The position numbers and the translations under genes were made by a program. This document shows positions 1 through 12,329 of a stretch of DNA of 45,396 nucleotides, in pieces. Source of the stretch: Octopus bimaculoides (taxonomy: Eukaryota); the NCBI RefSeq assembly GCF_001194135.2, contig NC_068988.1, positions 49,607,337 to 49,652,732 of the forward strand. The letters run 5' to 3'. The notes under the pieces are model-generated. The model was not told where the DNA came from, did not search any database, and was given only the letters and a program-made list of their open reading frames with translations. How positions within the stretch are numbered: the stretch's first letter is position 1; every line of letters starts with the position of its first letter.

Positions 1-350
1 TATATATATATATATATATATATATGCATATATATATATATATGTATATATATATGCATATATGTGTGTGTGTGTGCGTATATGCATACATATGCATCGT
101 GTATGCATTTAGGTGTTTATGAATATATGCGCGCCTGTGTATGTTATACATACATTACACATGCATTACGATGTTTATTTTCGTCGTACGAGCGTATGTG
201 CTCCTGGATTAAAGTGTGTCTGCGTCTATGTATGTGTTTTTTATGTATGTGTTTGTGTTTATGTATGTGCGTGTGTGTGTGTGTGTGTGTGTGCTATTGC
301 GATATTATTTTTCACGTTCGTGATATCAGAATAGGTTACACTTGATAATC
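1..350. repeat. (TA)n/(TG)n microsatellite-rich tract
   Basis: Direct reading: (TA)n at 1-60, (TG)n at about 266-292, degenerate TATG between. Confidence 0.9.
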
Positions 351-439
351 ACACTTGCTAATGCGGAACGTAATTACATTTATACTATATCATAATCCAC
401 GTTGGATATCTTCGAGGATAAACGGTAGTAGTTCTTCAT

Positions 440-588
440 ATTGATGATTACGATGTAGTTATTATTCATGATGATGATGATGGTGATGATGATGACGACG
501 ACGATGGCGATGAGGGCGACGGTGGTGGCATTGACGTCGACAACGACTACAACGATGGGGGGTTTCAATGTAGAAGATTAATGGATGC

Positions 589-629
<41 letters not shown>

Positions 630-1115
630 ACGCTGATGATGATGATACTGATATCAATGATTTATTACAGTAAATATAAATAAAGATATCGAAAACCCTG
701 ACGATGGTGTTGATGATGATGATGATCATGATCATGATCATGATGATGATGACGACGACGACAATGAGAAGGAGGAGGAGACGGTGATGATTATGATGAT
801 GATGATGAAGATGATGATGATGACGACACTGATGTCGTCGACGACGACGATGATGATGATGATGATGACAGTGGTGGTGGTGGTGGTGGTGGTGGTGGTG
901 GTGGTGGTGGTGGCGGTGATAACTCCGACAACGACGATGATGACGACAGCATTGATTATAATGATGAGGTATCTATAATAAGAATGATGGTAGCAATGAT
1001 AATTATCATCATAATGATAAATGATGATTATGAAAGCAGCTATAACAGTGATAGTGGTGCTACTGCCCTCGGTGGTGGTGGCTGTGGTGGTAGTCGTTGA
1101 TGGTCATGTTGTTGT

Positions 1116-1153
<38 letters not shown>

Positions 1154-1200
1154 GCGACGGCGACGACCATGCTGATAATGATTTCCATTGGCTAATTATA
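440..1200. repeat. Mosaic trinucleotide microsatellite (GAT/GAC/GGT) with a (TA)n insert
   Basis: Runs of gat, gac and ggt; source of the poly-M/V/D ORFs in the track. Confidence 0.9.
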
Positions 1201-1217
1201 ATGTCTTGTTTTAGTAT

Positions 1218-1555
1218 GTGAAGGCACATGGCTCAGTGGTAAGACATCGAGCGCACAATCATGAGATAGTGAGTTCGATTCCTGGACCGGATTGTGTGCT
1301 TTGTTCTTGAGCAAGACACTTTATTGCACGCTGCTCAGTTCACTCTGCTCTAGAAATGGGTCGCGGTGTCACTGGTGCCAGACCTTATCGTTTTCTGCCT
1401 TTCCCTTGGCTAACGTCGGTGGGTTGAAGAGGAGGTATGTATGGACGACTTCTGGTCTTCCATAAACAACCTTGCCCGGACTTGTTGCCTCGGAGGGAAA
1501 CTTTCTAAGTGCAATCCCGTGGTTATTCATGACCGAAGGGGTGTCTAACCCTTTT
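1218..1555 (+). mobile_element. tRNA-derived SINE
   Basis: Pol III A box tggctcagtgg (1229-1239), B box gagttcgattcc (1271-1282). Central block ttgagcaagacactttattgcacg (1307-1330) is identical to 10480-10503. Confidence 0.85.
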
Positions 1556-1775
1556 TAACCTGTCATAGTATGTAGTGAGTGCGAACAAGAATATTCTGAA
1601 AAATGATTCTATGTAGATTATGTAGGCTTCTGTATATAACAGATATTTACTTTTCAGACAAACTCTGGTAGTGACTGGAAGGCACAAACAGCCGACATCC
1701 GTTTTAAATAATTAGAAATATGTGACACCAGACAGCAAAACCTCAACTTTCGATATGGCTTTTCAGCAGTGGTAG

Positions 1776-1850
1776 TAATAATCCCTTCTATTATAGGCAT
1801 AAGGTCTGAAGTTTATGGAGAAGGGGTTTGTTCATAACATCTATTTCATG
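1776..1850 (-). mobile_element. SINE 3' tail fragment
   Basis: Reverse complement 'aaacttcagaccttatgcctataatagaagggattatta' matches the tail at about 44135-44170 (+) and 42487-42520 (-). Confidence 0.65.
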
Positions 1851-1949
1851 CTTACCGTCGACATCATCATCACCATCATCAGTACCACCACCATCATCAG
1901 TATCATCAATTATGTCATCTTTTTATCGCTGAATTATCAAATTCCTCGA

Positions 1950-2600
1950 GTGATGCACGCCAGGGTTGGGAAAAACTGTTGCTAAGGCTGACGTTGGATC
2001 TCTCAAGAAACTCGTCTCAGCGCACACTGCATATTAATGAAATATTACTGGGGTGAGTCGAGATGTTTAAGTATTTCGGGGCCGTATTCACGAGTGATGG
2101 GAGGTTGAAAGATGAATTGTATGCTAGAATTGCAGGTGCTGACATAGTAATGCGCAAGCTTCAGAATTCGATCCCTCATGTCTTTTCCAGGGGTCATGAA
2201 TGATAGGTAATGGCCGAAAGTACACAATCTAGAATACAAGTGGTGGAAATGGATTTCCCCGAAGGTTCTCTTACGAAACGTTACTCAACAGATTGCGTCG
2301 CTCGGAGATCAAGGTGTCTCCATATCGAATCGATACTTCTCCACGTTGTAATTAGAATGCGGAAGGAAAAATTACGGGTCTTTCAAGATGAGTCAACCGC
2401 CAGGATACCTAGGGGTAGAACAAGAACGAGGTAGTTGGATAATATTCATAGTCTCAGTTGGCACGCTTGGAATTCCATCTAAAATTCTAAAAACTGTTGC
2501 TTCAGAGAGGAAGCAACAGTTATTGGAAGAGATGCCTGAAGAGTCTACTCCCAGCCTCTCCCATGAATAGTAGGTGAAGAAAACGAGTGAACGGATAATT
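1950..2600 (+). mobile_element. RTE-clade LINE 3' fragment (RTE-1/Expander-like), frameshifted
   Basis: From 2057 reads VEMFKYFGAVFTSDGRLKDELYARIAGADIVMRKLQNS, then HE*(W)VMAESTQSRIQVVEMDF, IPRGRTRTR and LGIP. These match the RTE RT C-terminal motifs FKYLG, YGHExWxM..RIQAAEMxFLR and RPRGRPRTRW. Confidence 0.85.
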
Positions 2601-3698
2601 ATGCCTTCTACGCCATCGAGTACGATATTTAAAACTTGGAGAAATAATTAAAAAGTGGATCAATATTTTATACCGTCGCCAAAAGAAGTTTAACGACTCA
2701 AATAGATTTCTTCATCAGACGAAAAAAATTTTAATAGTTAAACCTGTATTACAACTCAAGGCTTAATTCAAATTTCACCGTTTCAATTATTTTCGCCGTT
2801 TGATGTTTAGTTATAACTTTTTGTACATGATCACTAGTTTCTTCGGATTTTCCAGATTGAACTACAATTTTCTACACCTACGTGAGTATTCATTCATCAC
2901 TACTTTACCAGGTATTGTCTAGGCTATGTTTCATTGATAAAGTTGGAATTTGGTACAAACATGCCCAGGGTTGTCACGCGTACTATACAAGAAAATTAAA
3001 AGAAAATTAGTCATTAACTAATAAAGTTTTTTTTTTTTAGTTCGTTTTTGCATATTTATTTCTAGTTAGTTTTGTTCAACGTTCCGTACATAAAATGTTA
3101 GCAATAAGTTAGCTATGTATATCATATACAGATATACACACACGCACACACACACACGCACACACACACATACAAACACGCACCTATACATACATATATA
3201 TTCAAATACATATACGCACAGGTTCATAAATATGCCTATATAACATTTCCCATGTACACAAATACTTAGAATAACACGTTTNNNNNNNNNNNNNNNNNNN
3301 NNNNNNNNNNNNNNNNNNNNNNNNNNNNNNNNNNNNNNNNNNNNNNNNNNNNNNNNNNNNNNNNNNNNNNNNNNNNNNNNNNNNNNNNNNNNNNNNNNNN
3401 NNNNNNNNNNNNNNNNNNNNNNNNNNNNNNNNNNNNNNNNNNNNNNNNNNNNNNNNNNNNNNNNNNNNNNNNNNNNNNNNNNNNNNNNNNNNNNNNNNNN
3501 NNNNNNNNNNNNNNNNNNNNNNNNNNNNNNNNNNNNNNNNNNNNNNNNNNNNNNNNNNNNNNNNNNNNNNNNNNNNNNNNNNNNNNNNNNNNNNNNNNNN
3601 NNNNNNNNNNNNNNNNNNNNNNNNNNNNNNNNNNNNNNNNNNNNNNNNNNNNNNNNNNNNNNNNNNNNNNNNNNNNNNNNNNNNNNNNNNNNNNNNNN

Positions 3699-3739
<41 letters not shown>

Positions 3740-4103
3740 TTCATATACATATATACATGCACACACGGACACATAGACACATAGACACATACATACACAC
3801 ACACACACACACACATATGTTCCTTTACATACTTTACGGCTTGCTCACCATATTATGTACGGCTGCCAAGTGTGTGGTGTGTCTGTTATAGCAATTGACA
3901 TTCTACTGATGCTAAACAAATGAATATCTCACCACATCTCTTCTTCATCAACACCATCACCATCATCATCGTCATCATCGTCATCATCGTCATCATCGTC
4001 ATCATCGTCATCATCGTCATCATATTTGTTGATCTTTTTCCACTCCTCCTCCTTATTCTCCTCCCTCCCCTTCCACTCTTCTTCGTCCTTCTCTCTTCTT
4101 TGC

Positions 4104-4180
4104 CTCTTTTGCCCCTTTCATAGTTTTTTTCATATATACTCTTTTGCCCCTTTCATAGTTTTTTTCATATATACTCTTTT
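4104..4180. repeat. 35-bp tandem repeat, about 2.2 copies
   Basis: Unit ctcttttgcccctttcatagtttttttcatatata at 4104 and 4139, partial copy at 4174. Confidence 0.9.
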
Positions 4181-4718
4181 ACCCTTCTGTCCCCTTTCCC
4201 NNNNNNNNNNNNNNNNNNNNNNNNNNNNNNNNNNNNNNNNNNNNNNNNNNNNNNNNNNNNNNNNNNNNNNNNNNNNNNNNNNNNNNNNNNNNNNNNNNNN
4301 NNNNNNNNNNNNNNNNNNNNNNNNNNNNNNNNNNNNNNNNNNNNNNNNNNNNNNNNNNNNNNNNNNNNNNNNNNNNNNNNNNNNNNNNNNNNNNNNNNNN
4401 NNNNNNNNNNNNNNNNNNNNNNNNNNNNNNNNNNNNNNNNNNNNNNNNNNNNNNNNNNNNNNNNNNNNNNNNNNNNNNNNNNNNNNNNNNNNNNNNNNNN
4501 NNNNNNNNNNNNNNNNNNNNNNNNNNNNNNNNNNNNNNNNNNNNNNNNNNNNNNNNNNNNNNNNNNNNNNNNNNNNNNNNNNNNNNNNNNNNNNNNNNNN
4601 NNNNNNNNNNNNNNNNNNNNNNNNNNNNNNNNNNNNNNNNNNNNNNNNNNNNNNNNNNNNNNNNNNNNNNNNNNNNNNNNNNNNNNNNNNNNNNNNNNNN
4701 NNNNNNNNNNNNNNNNNN

Positions 4719-4776
<58 letters not shown>

Positions 4777-5399
4777 GTGTGTGAGTGTGAGTGCGTTGTA
4801 TTTGTGCATATATTCATACATGTATGCGTATTTCCATGTTCTGCCAACTTCGTAGCTGTTAGCTGTTCAATGATGTCTGATTCATTGCATTTCTGAATCG
4901 AACAGGTACAAGGGAATGCCTGTACCGCAGTGTAGATCAAATATCATCAGGGAAATTGTTGGAAAAGCAATGGCTTTTCTTTTGCGTACAATTGCCTAAC
5001 CCTGACACCGGTATCGATCGGCAAAAGATATATTTGCGGTCGCGATCGCGCGCGCACGTGTATGTGTGTTTGTGAGCAGATCTGTGGATATAAATGCATG
5101 TATGTACTCGATAAACTTTCTCAAAATTTCAATGTATCAGATTCTATTCACACAGTATTGGTCGGCCCAACTTCTACGATAGAGCAGATTCGTACAAGAT
5201 GCCTCAAGTTAGATCAAGAGAACTTTCTAACTACGTACAAATCCATTTCTCTCTCTTCCTTTCTCTCTCTCTCTACCTACCTACCTACATATCTATCTAT
5301 CTCTCTTCCTCTCACTTTCTATCTCTCAGTATAAACGCACATGCACGCAAACACATATACACATAAACGCATACGTAAATATATACGTGCTTACATATA

Positions 5400-5621
5400 C
5401 GAGAGGGTGCTGAAAAATTCCTGGCTTTGGGTAAAAGAAAATATAAGAGGATTAGTTAATTATGATTTTATTCAACATATCTACCTATCAGAGTCAAACA
5501 CTTATTGCAGCGGTCCTTCAGTTTTTCTAAGCCTTGCAAAATAACTCAGAAGATTGGGCCTCCAATGAAGATTGGCCCTTTACGATAACCTAAAAGTCAG
5601 GAACTTTTCAGCACCTACTCC
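5400..5621 (-). mobile_element. Mariner-derived MITE (about 220 bp)
   Basis: Imperfect TIRs cgagagggtgctgaaaaattcctggc / gtcaggaacttttcagcacctactcc with flanking TA. Minus strand retains a transposase C-terminus, GLEKLKDRCNKCLTLIGRYVE*. Same family as 20029-20248. Confidence 0.85.
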
Positions 5622-6099
5622 TATATGTGTGCATACATATGTTTAAACTTTCTCCTCTCGTCTTGTGTCCGAGCCCCCAAATAGTGTTTTGCCACCTCCT
5701 TCGTGCTTTTCTTACGCACTTGCCCACGCATCAATAACATCATCCATCTTGCTTGTGCTTTCCTATGTGCTTCGTCAATACTTTTATTCCCACACATTTG
5801 CACAAGCTCTCACCCCATCTTATACGCGCTTTCACATTACCTTCTTAGTAACTGGACACACGCACACAAACACCGTCTATTACAACTAATCAGCATCACT
5901 ATAACTCCACACATCTTTTCACATACATGTTACACATTAACACACATCCACACATCCACACGCACACACACATACACATACACACACACACACACTGCTT
6001 TTACTCATGCTTCCTTCCAACGATAGATGAATTCTGATACATGCATCAACACACATTTTACTTCTTCAAATTTTACGCTTCTTCAAAAAGACAGCATTC

Positions 6100-6290
6100 G
6101 CACCTGTTTTCTAAGCCTTTGTTTTTGGCTCGTGTCTGTTCTGCTTGTTTTATACAGTAACTATTTCTCTTTGTCCCTTTCCCTATGCTTCCTGACTTTT
6201 CTTCCTCGTCTTCTGATGAAAGACTCTCGTCCGAAACGTTAAGGCACATTTTCTTTCTATTGAAACGATAAACTAAAATATATATAAAAA
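6100..6290 (+). mobile_element. Penelope-like terminal-repeat (pLTR-type) fragment carrying a hammerhead motif
   Basis: Pyrimidine-rich segment containing ctgatga...cgaaacgtt, followed by gaaacgataaactaa, similar to gagcgtcatactaa downstream of the minus-strand motif at 36267-36303. The PLE assignment is inferred from the ribozyme type; no RT/GIY-YIG ORF is seen. Confidence 0.5.
6208..6245 (+). ncRNA. Minimal type I hammerhead ribozyme motif
   Basis: gtctt-CTGATGA-a-agac[tctc]gtcc-GAAA-cgT-T-aaggc: helix I GUCUU/AAGGC (5 bp), helix II with an A.C mismatch at the core-proximal pair, palindromic ACGU stem III, GUU cleavage triplet. Confidence 0.65.
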
Positions 6291-6488
6291 TACAGATAAG
6301 TCTCATGACTAGCTGCCGATAGATTTTTCAGCAAAATAGGGATAGTTTATCCTGTTCATGCTATATTATTAGCATTAACCTGCGTTTGAGAATAAAATTA
6401 TTTTCTTACCTATATCTTTCACTACATCTCAACGCTCCTAAAGCAACCTTTGTTTGTTCACTTTCAACGTAAGTTGAATTTAACTTTG

Positions 6489-6525
<37 letters not shown>

Positions 6526-6565
6526 GCGTGTGTGTGTTATATATATATATATATATATATATATA

Positions 6566-6885
6566 CGTGAGGACAAACTGAAGAGAAAGTCTCAGCAGTC
6601 AGTATAGCTCGCAACAGCTTTGAGCAAACAGCATTGGAGCGAACAAAATGGAAATGCTTGTGTCAAAATGTTATAAGAGACTTTGTCGTAACTAGTATTA
6701 ATAGTTTTATGGGTGCAAAGCAAAGAAGAAAAGCGGCTGCAAATATACCACCTACACTGACCCATAATCCTCATGCTTGTAACATCTGCAGGCTTCTTTA
6801 AAAATCGTTGGTCGGACTCAAATGTCACATTCGACATAAGTGTTATGATTGACAAAGAAAGTGTATCCTCATACGTCGAAACGTA
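6566..6885 (+). mobile_element. RTE-clade (BovB-like) LINE 3' end with degenerate C2H2 finger
   Basis: Reads DKLKR (frameshift) AVSIARNSFEQTALERTKWKCLCQ...AKQRRKAAA...HACNICRLL*KSLVGLKCHIRH, matching the RTE C-terminal W/FExxAxDRxxW and CxxC...GLxSH motifs; followed by (TA)n. Confidence 0.8.
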
Positions 6886-7928
6886 TATATTTATACATAT
6901 ATACACATGCCAATGGAAACACGGAATGGTTCTTCAAAGGACAGATTAATTTTTCGAAATGGTGTAGTATTGTTAGTCACTGAAAGTGCTCAGCGAGTAA
7001 TTACAAATGAAGCGTCCGAGGCGGTGGAGGGGCGGTATTGCACACGGAAATTTATTTCTAATCAGTCATGAGGACTTGGTTTCAGCTTTGCTATGTAGCT
7101 TTTCGGACAAGCCTGATTGAAGCCTGAAATTGGTATCTTGATAGTGAAATTGAAAAGACGGAAACTGTAAGGAAGCTTCTCTTTGAAATAGTCAGCTCTT
7201 TACACACCAATACACCAATTCAACGTACATGATAGTTCAGTGAATCAAACAAATGAACATTCATCTCTGACCGAGATTGATTCATTATATATTAACATAT
7301 GTATATATCCAAAATATACGCACACACTCACACAAACACCTCTATCTCGGTTTCTGTTTCCCTTTCTCTCTCTTTTTCTCTCTCTCTTTTTCTCTCTCTC
7401 TCTCTCTCACATGCACACATACACGCGTGCGCACACACATACCCATTCCCACTTTCACTTTCTCCCGACCCGTTTCTATCATTATCATTCTCTTATTCTC
7501 AGCAGTTTACTTTCAGTTTCACTTTTCACTCTTCTCTGTCTTTTTTCTTTCCAGTCTTGGTTCTTTTCTGCAGTTCTAACCTCCCTCCTTTCTTGTCTCT
7601 TCATCATTTGCTTTTGTCTTTTTTTTTCTTTTTTTCAATTATATTCTCTTCATTTATTTATTTTCTATTGTTTTCTCTCTCTCTCTTTCTTTTCTTTTTC
7701 TCTTTCTTTGATTGTCGATTTCTTTCATTTTATCTCGAATATTTTATCATCTATCACACACATGCACACACACACACACACATTCTCTCTCTTTCTTTCT
7801 CTCTCTCTCCCTCTCTTTCTCTCATCATACTCCTCCATTTCAGGTACTCCCACGTTTCTTTTTTTTTTAACATCTCATCCTCTTCATTCAATTTTACTTA
7901 CCAGCTCACAAACACACTAACTTACCCT

Positions 7929-7933
<5 letters not shown>

Positions 7934-8005
<72 letters not shown>
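7934..8005. repeat. (AG)n microsatellite
   Basis: Perfect AG run of 72 bp. Confidence 0.95.
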
Positions 8006-8007
<2 letters not shown>

Positions 8008-9631
8008 TGAGAAAGAAAGAAGAGGGAGAGAAAGAGAAAGAGAGCTTCCCTACTATCACAACCTCTTCTGCTATTCTTAATTCCCTGCAGGGAATTGAAA
8101 CTTGAAACTCTGGCTCTAACCTGATACAGATTAAAGTTTGGCTGATTTTGTTGTTGTTTCTGTTGTTGATGATGTTTGTGTCTGTTTTTTGTTGTGTTTG
8201 TTGCTGTTGTTACCGTTATTCTGCAGTCTCTTGGGGGACATATATAAAGAGATGGGTTTGATGTAGGAAATCTGTGGCCTTGAGCGTGAGCTGAGAGCTG
8301 GTTGGTGGTGGTGTGCATGTGAGTGTGAGAAGGGGGTGATGGTTGCTCTGTGCGTGGGTAGATTGTAGAAGACTAGATCATTCTCTTAAGGTGAAGTTGA
8401 TGGCAAGGTAGAATGGGATGGAGTGAAGTAGTGAAGAGGTATTCTAGTAAAGAATGAATTGTTGCGGGCTGATTTACTCGGAAAATAACTATGAGTGTGT
8501 CTGTGTGTGTAATGAGCTTTTGATCGCATGTATGAGCCTGTATGCGCCTGTGTGAGTGTTAGTGAGTGTTTTAATTATTAAAAATGGCGAAGGATTAAGC
8601 GTCGTTGAATTTACTGTATCTTACATAAATTTGCTGTTACCGTCTGTGTCCTTGTTGCATGGGCACTCGGCAGATCTGATCGAATTGACCTATGATGAAA
8701 GATGTTTTATTTATGACCATCCAGTTTGTTTTTGTTTTGTTTTGTTTTGTTTTATAGACATTGTATATCTAAGACTAATTATTCAACTAATCAATTTTAC
8801 TTCATAGAAGACGATATATGATTCGAAGTGAGTTAGCTCTTTTTTCTTGAAAGTCAAATAAACACATAGTTCCCTAGTTTACACGTCAAACGTAGTTTCT
8901 CTATATAAGGCTAAAACAGGAAGAATATAAACAAATGTTTTTGGTTTTTTTTTTAATCCTCTTAAGACGATTATCCCAGATTGCAGGATATCATACTTCA
9001 AAATGGAAGTATATAAGTTGTTACAAGTGGTAAGAATTAGAGTCGTTTCTGCCTGCATATTCCAGGTACATTCGTATAGTTTTACTGAGATATAAATGTT
9101 GTATATCTATATTTGACAATCAATAATTCAGATCATAATCTGAATTAATTGCTAATAAATCTGTTTTCTTAAACCAACCATCTTGTATAATCATTTGGTG
9201 ATTAATTCATTATTGATACGACACCAGAGTGAAAGCTGTATTGCGATAAGGAGCACAGAATAAAGCCGAAATATTTTTAGAGTTGTCTGATAGAATTCAT
9301 TCGCAAGTAGTAACTTCCTGTAACAATAACGTACAGATCTTTTCAAGATGGAAATATCAAGGACAATAGTATTTTACTACAATAAGCACTTTCAAAAATT
9401 AGTTTAATATCTAACCATTTTGGGTTACGTTACAAAGACTGCTACATTATTGTCACTGATAACTCCTCTCACTGTTTCTTCATATATTTCAACATGGAAA
9501 GAATTATGTTTTAATTTCTGCATATCCTAAAGTAATTATAGGAAAGCTTGGAAGACGAGACTGTTGCTAATTTTTAGAATATAGAATATAACAAAATCTT
9601 AAGACACAGACTTTGTTTATGCAGCCATTTT

Positions 9632-9850
9632 AATAGTGGTTTCAAATTTTGGCACAAGGTCGACCATTTTGGGGACAGGGTTAATTCAATTACATTGAAT
9701 CAGCACACGACTGGCACTTATTTTATCGACCATGAAAGAATGAAAGGCAAAGTCGACCTCAGCGGAACTTCAATTCTGAACGTAAAGACGGACGAAATGC
9801 CACTAAGCGACTTTGCCTGTCGTGCAAACGATTCTGTCGGCTCGCAGCTT
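9632..9850 (-). mobile_element. tRNA-derived SINE with 12-bp target-site duplication
   Basis: Homologous to 42262-42476 (aaagaatgaaag.caaagtcgacct...agaacgtaaa.gacggacg). Flanked by identical tgcagccatttt at 9620-9631 and 9851-9862. Confidence 0.9.
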
Positions 9851-10174
9851 TGCAGCCATTTTGGTAATGGTCGCACTAGGTATAATATATTGGAAGATGC
9901 GCCAGCTTCAATAGCATCTCTTTTGCAAATTGTCGACTTGTGCTAACTGACACAGTCACCCTGCTCTCTTGAATATATTCCATCACAGGAATCAATGTGC
10001 TATGACCATTCTACAGTCAAAGGTAAATGGAATTTGCTCATAAGACTACGGCATCACAGCTAACTAGTCTACGCAATAACACCAACAACATCATCAAGAT
10101 TAGTTTTATTCAAGGGATATTCGTGTATTCCCATGCATTTCAAGACAGATAGGTGCAACTCGAAATGTAAGCGT

Positions 10175-10233
<59 letters not shown>

Positions 10234-10401
10234 AAGACAGAGAGGGGGACACAACCAGACAGACCGAGACAAAGGAAGTAAGAGGTGTGAATGAAGAAAC
10301 ATCAATTATTCAAATAAAATAAAATCGTATTGTGCGCATGCTTATCTATATTATATGGTCCGTGCATATATGTAGTTACAAATGAAGTATATATAAACAT
10401 C

Positions 10402-10696
10402 TGTGAAGGTGTGTACCTTAGTTATTAGAGTATTTAGTTCATGGTTGTATGGTTCGATTTCCGGCGGCGCGTTGTGCCTTTGAGCAAGACACTTTATTGC
10501 ACGTTGCGCCAGTAAACTCAGCTGGCGAAATTGAATTGTACCTGTAATTTAAGGGGTCAGCTCTGTCACATTCTGTGTTTCGCTGAATCTCCTTATGAAC
10601 TACGTTGAAGGTACTTGTATCTGTGGCGTGCACACGAGGAGACTGTTCTGTCGATCGCATCAACTGGAACTCCCGTCGTCGTAACCGACGGAGTGC
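10402..10696 (+). mobile_element. tRNA-derived SINE (diverged copy)
   Basis: B box ggttcgatttcc (10451-10462); central block shared with the 1218 SINE; 3' body shared with the 10834 SINE. Confidence 0.8.
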
Positions 10697-11304
10697 TAAC
10701 CAACCAACACACAAACGTACATACACACAAATTTCGGGTTGTGCATTTGTTGACATACATATAAATGCCTGGCTGTCCGTAGCAGAGTACACAACACTTT
10801 NNNNNNNNNNNNNNNNNNNNNNNNNNNNNNNNNGGCCCAGTGTTTAGGGCAGTAGACTCGCGGTCGTAGGATCGCGGTTTCGATTCCCAGACCGGGCTTT
10901 GTGAGTGTTTATTGAGCGAAAGCACCTAAAGTTCCACAAAGCTCCGGCAGGGGATGTCGGCGAACCCTACTGTACTCTTTCACCACAACTTTCTCTCACT
11001 CTTTCTTCCTGTTTTTGTTGTACCTGTATTCCAAAGGGCCAGCCTTGTCACACTCTGTGTCACGCTGAATCTCCCCCGAGAACTACGTTAAGGGTACACG
11101 TCTCTGTGGAGTGCTCAGCCACATGCACGTTAATTTCACGAGCAGGCTGTTCCGTTGATCGGATCAACTGGAACCCTCGTCGTCGTAACCGACGGAGTGC
11201 TAACCAACCAACACACAAACGTACATACACACAAATTTCGGGTTGTGCATTTGTTGACATACATATAAATGCCTGGCTGTCCGTAGCAGAGTACACAACA
11301 CTTT
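10674..11304 (+). repeat. Perfect 127-bp direct repeat (10674-10800 and 11178-11304)
   Basis: Base-by-base comparison shows no mismatch; spacing 504 bp; a 33-N gap directly follows copy 1. Confidence 0.95.
10834..11200 (+). mobile_element. tRNA-derived SINE
   Basis: A-box-like ggcccagtgtttag and B box ggtttcgattccc; 3' body (gtacctgta...gtcgtaaccgacggagtgc) homologous to about 10537-10696. Confidence 0.8.
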
Positions 11305-12219
11305 TAAATATGGTAGAGTCTGAATCACGGGACAATGCAATGCATAAAGGGCACAATAAACAATGTTAGTACGAAACCAATCTTGGTGGTGGTTGTGGTG
11401 GTGGTGGTGGTGGTGGTGTTTATTCACACATACATACACACACATTCAGTGAACGAGAGAAAGAAAGAATGAGGAATATATTTTAGGGAGAGGAAGAAAA
11501 ATGTTATATCTCCAAACTAACTGCGAATTCCCCCCAAAATAAAAGCTATATGTGCGCATGTTTATGTGCATTTTGATGGATGTATGTCTATGTCTCTCTG
11601 AATCTCTCTGTTCGATGTGCATTAGTTACAGAATAACACTTGGCTTCAGACATTCGATCCTGCAATCAATCATTGATACATTGTCAGCTGTAGCAGTGGA
11701 GACAACATTATGACACTGGCAACAATCAGATGGGCAATAAAACAAATAGTTTGCATTGAACGTTTGATTCACATTTGAATAATGGCTTTATCGTATGCAT
11801 TGTAAGGTGGATCATCTCACAAATATCTTGCCAATATTTGTTTCAGCTGTCTGCAATTCTTTCCAACCAGAGATCTGTTTTGATATATTTTCTATCGTAT
11901 ATCAATTTTTAAGTGGTTAATTCGCTTTCTTGGGTCTCAGTATCTCAATATGTGGCCATGAGTTCCTATGTTTTTTTGAAGCGAATATCTCAAACTGTTG
12001 AAGAATGAATTTATATTAGATGCAGGACTTTAGAGCTATGCTTCATCTTAAAAACGAATGGAATACTAGAAACCGGGCGGCTTCGATAGTCCACGTGGCT
12101 GGTAAACCACTCACTGAAAGCTTTAGGCAAATAAGCGAAAATCACTGGGCCTAACCATCTGTTTTCCCTCCTCCTAATCCACTTCTATTCTTCATCCTCT
12201 TGCTCTGCTGCTGCTGCTG

Positions 12220-12267
<48 letters not shown>

Positions 12268-12329
12268 GTGATACTACAGTAGTCTTCCCCAAGCTAAGAT
12301 GAGAAGCTAGTCATATCTCTACTCATTAT

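Noticed and set aside
2670-2725. Minus-strand ctgatgaagaaatc
   Set aside because: Core heptamer only; no GAAA or stems.
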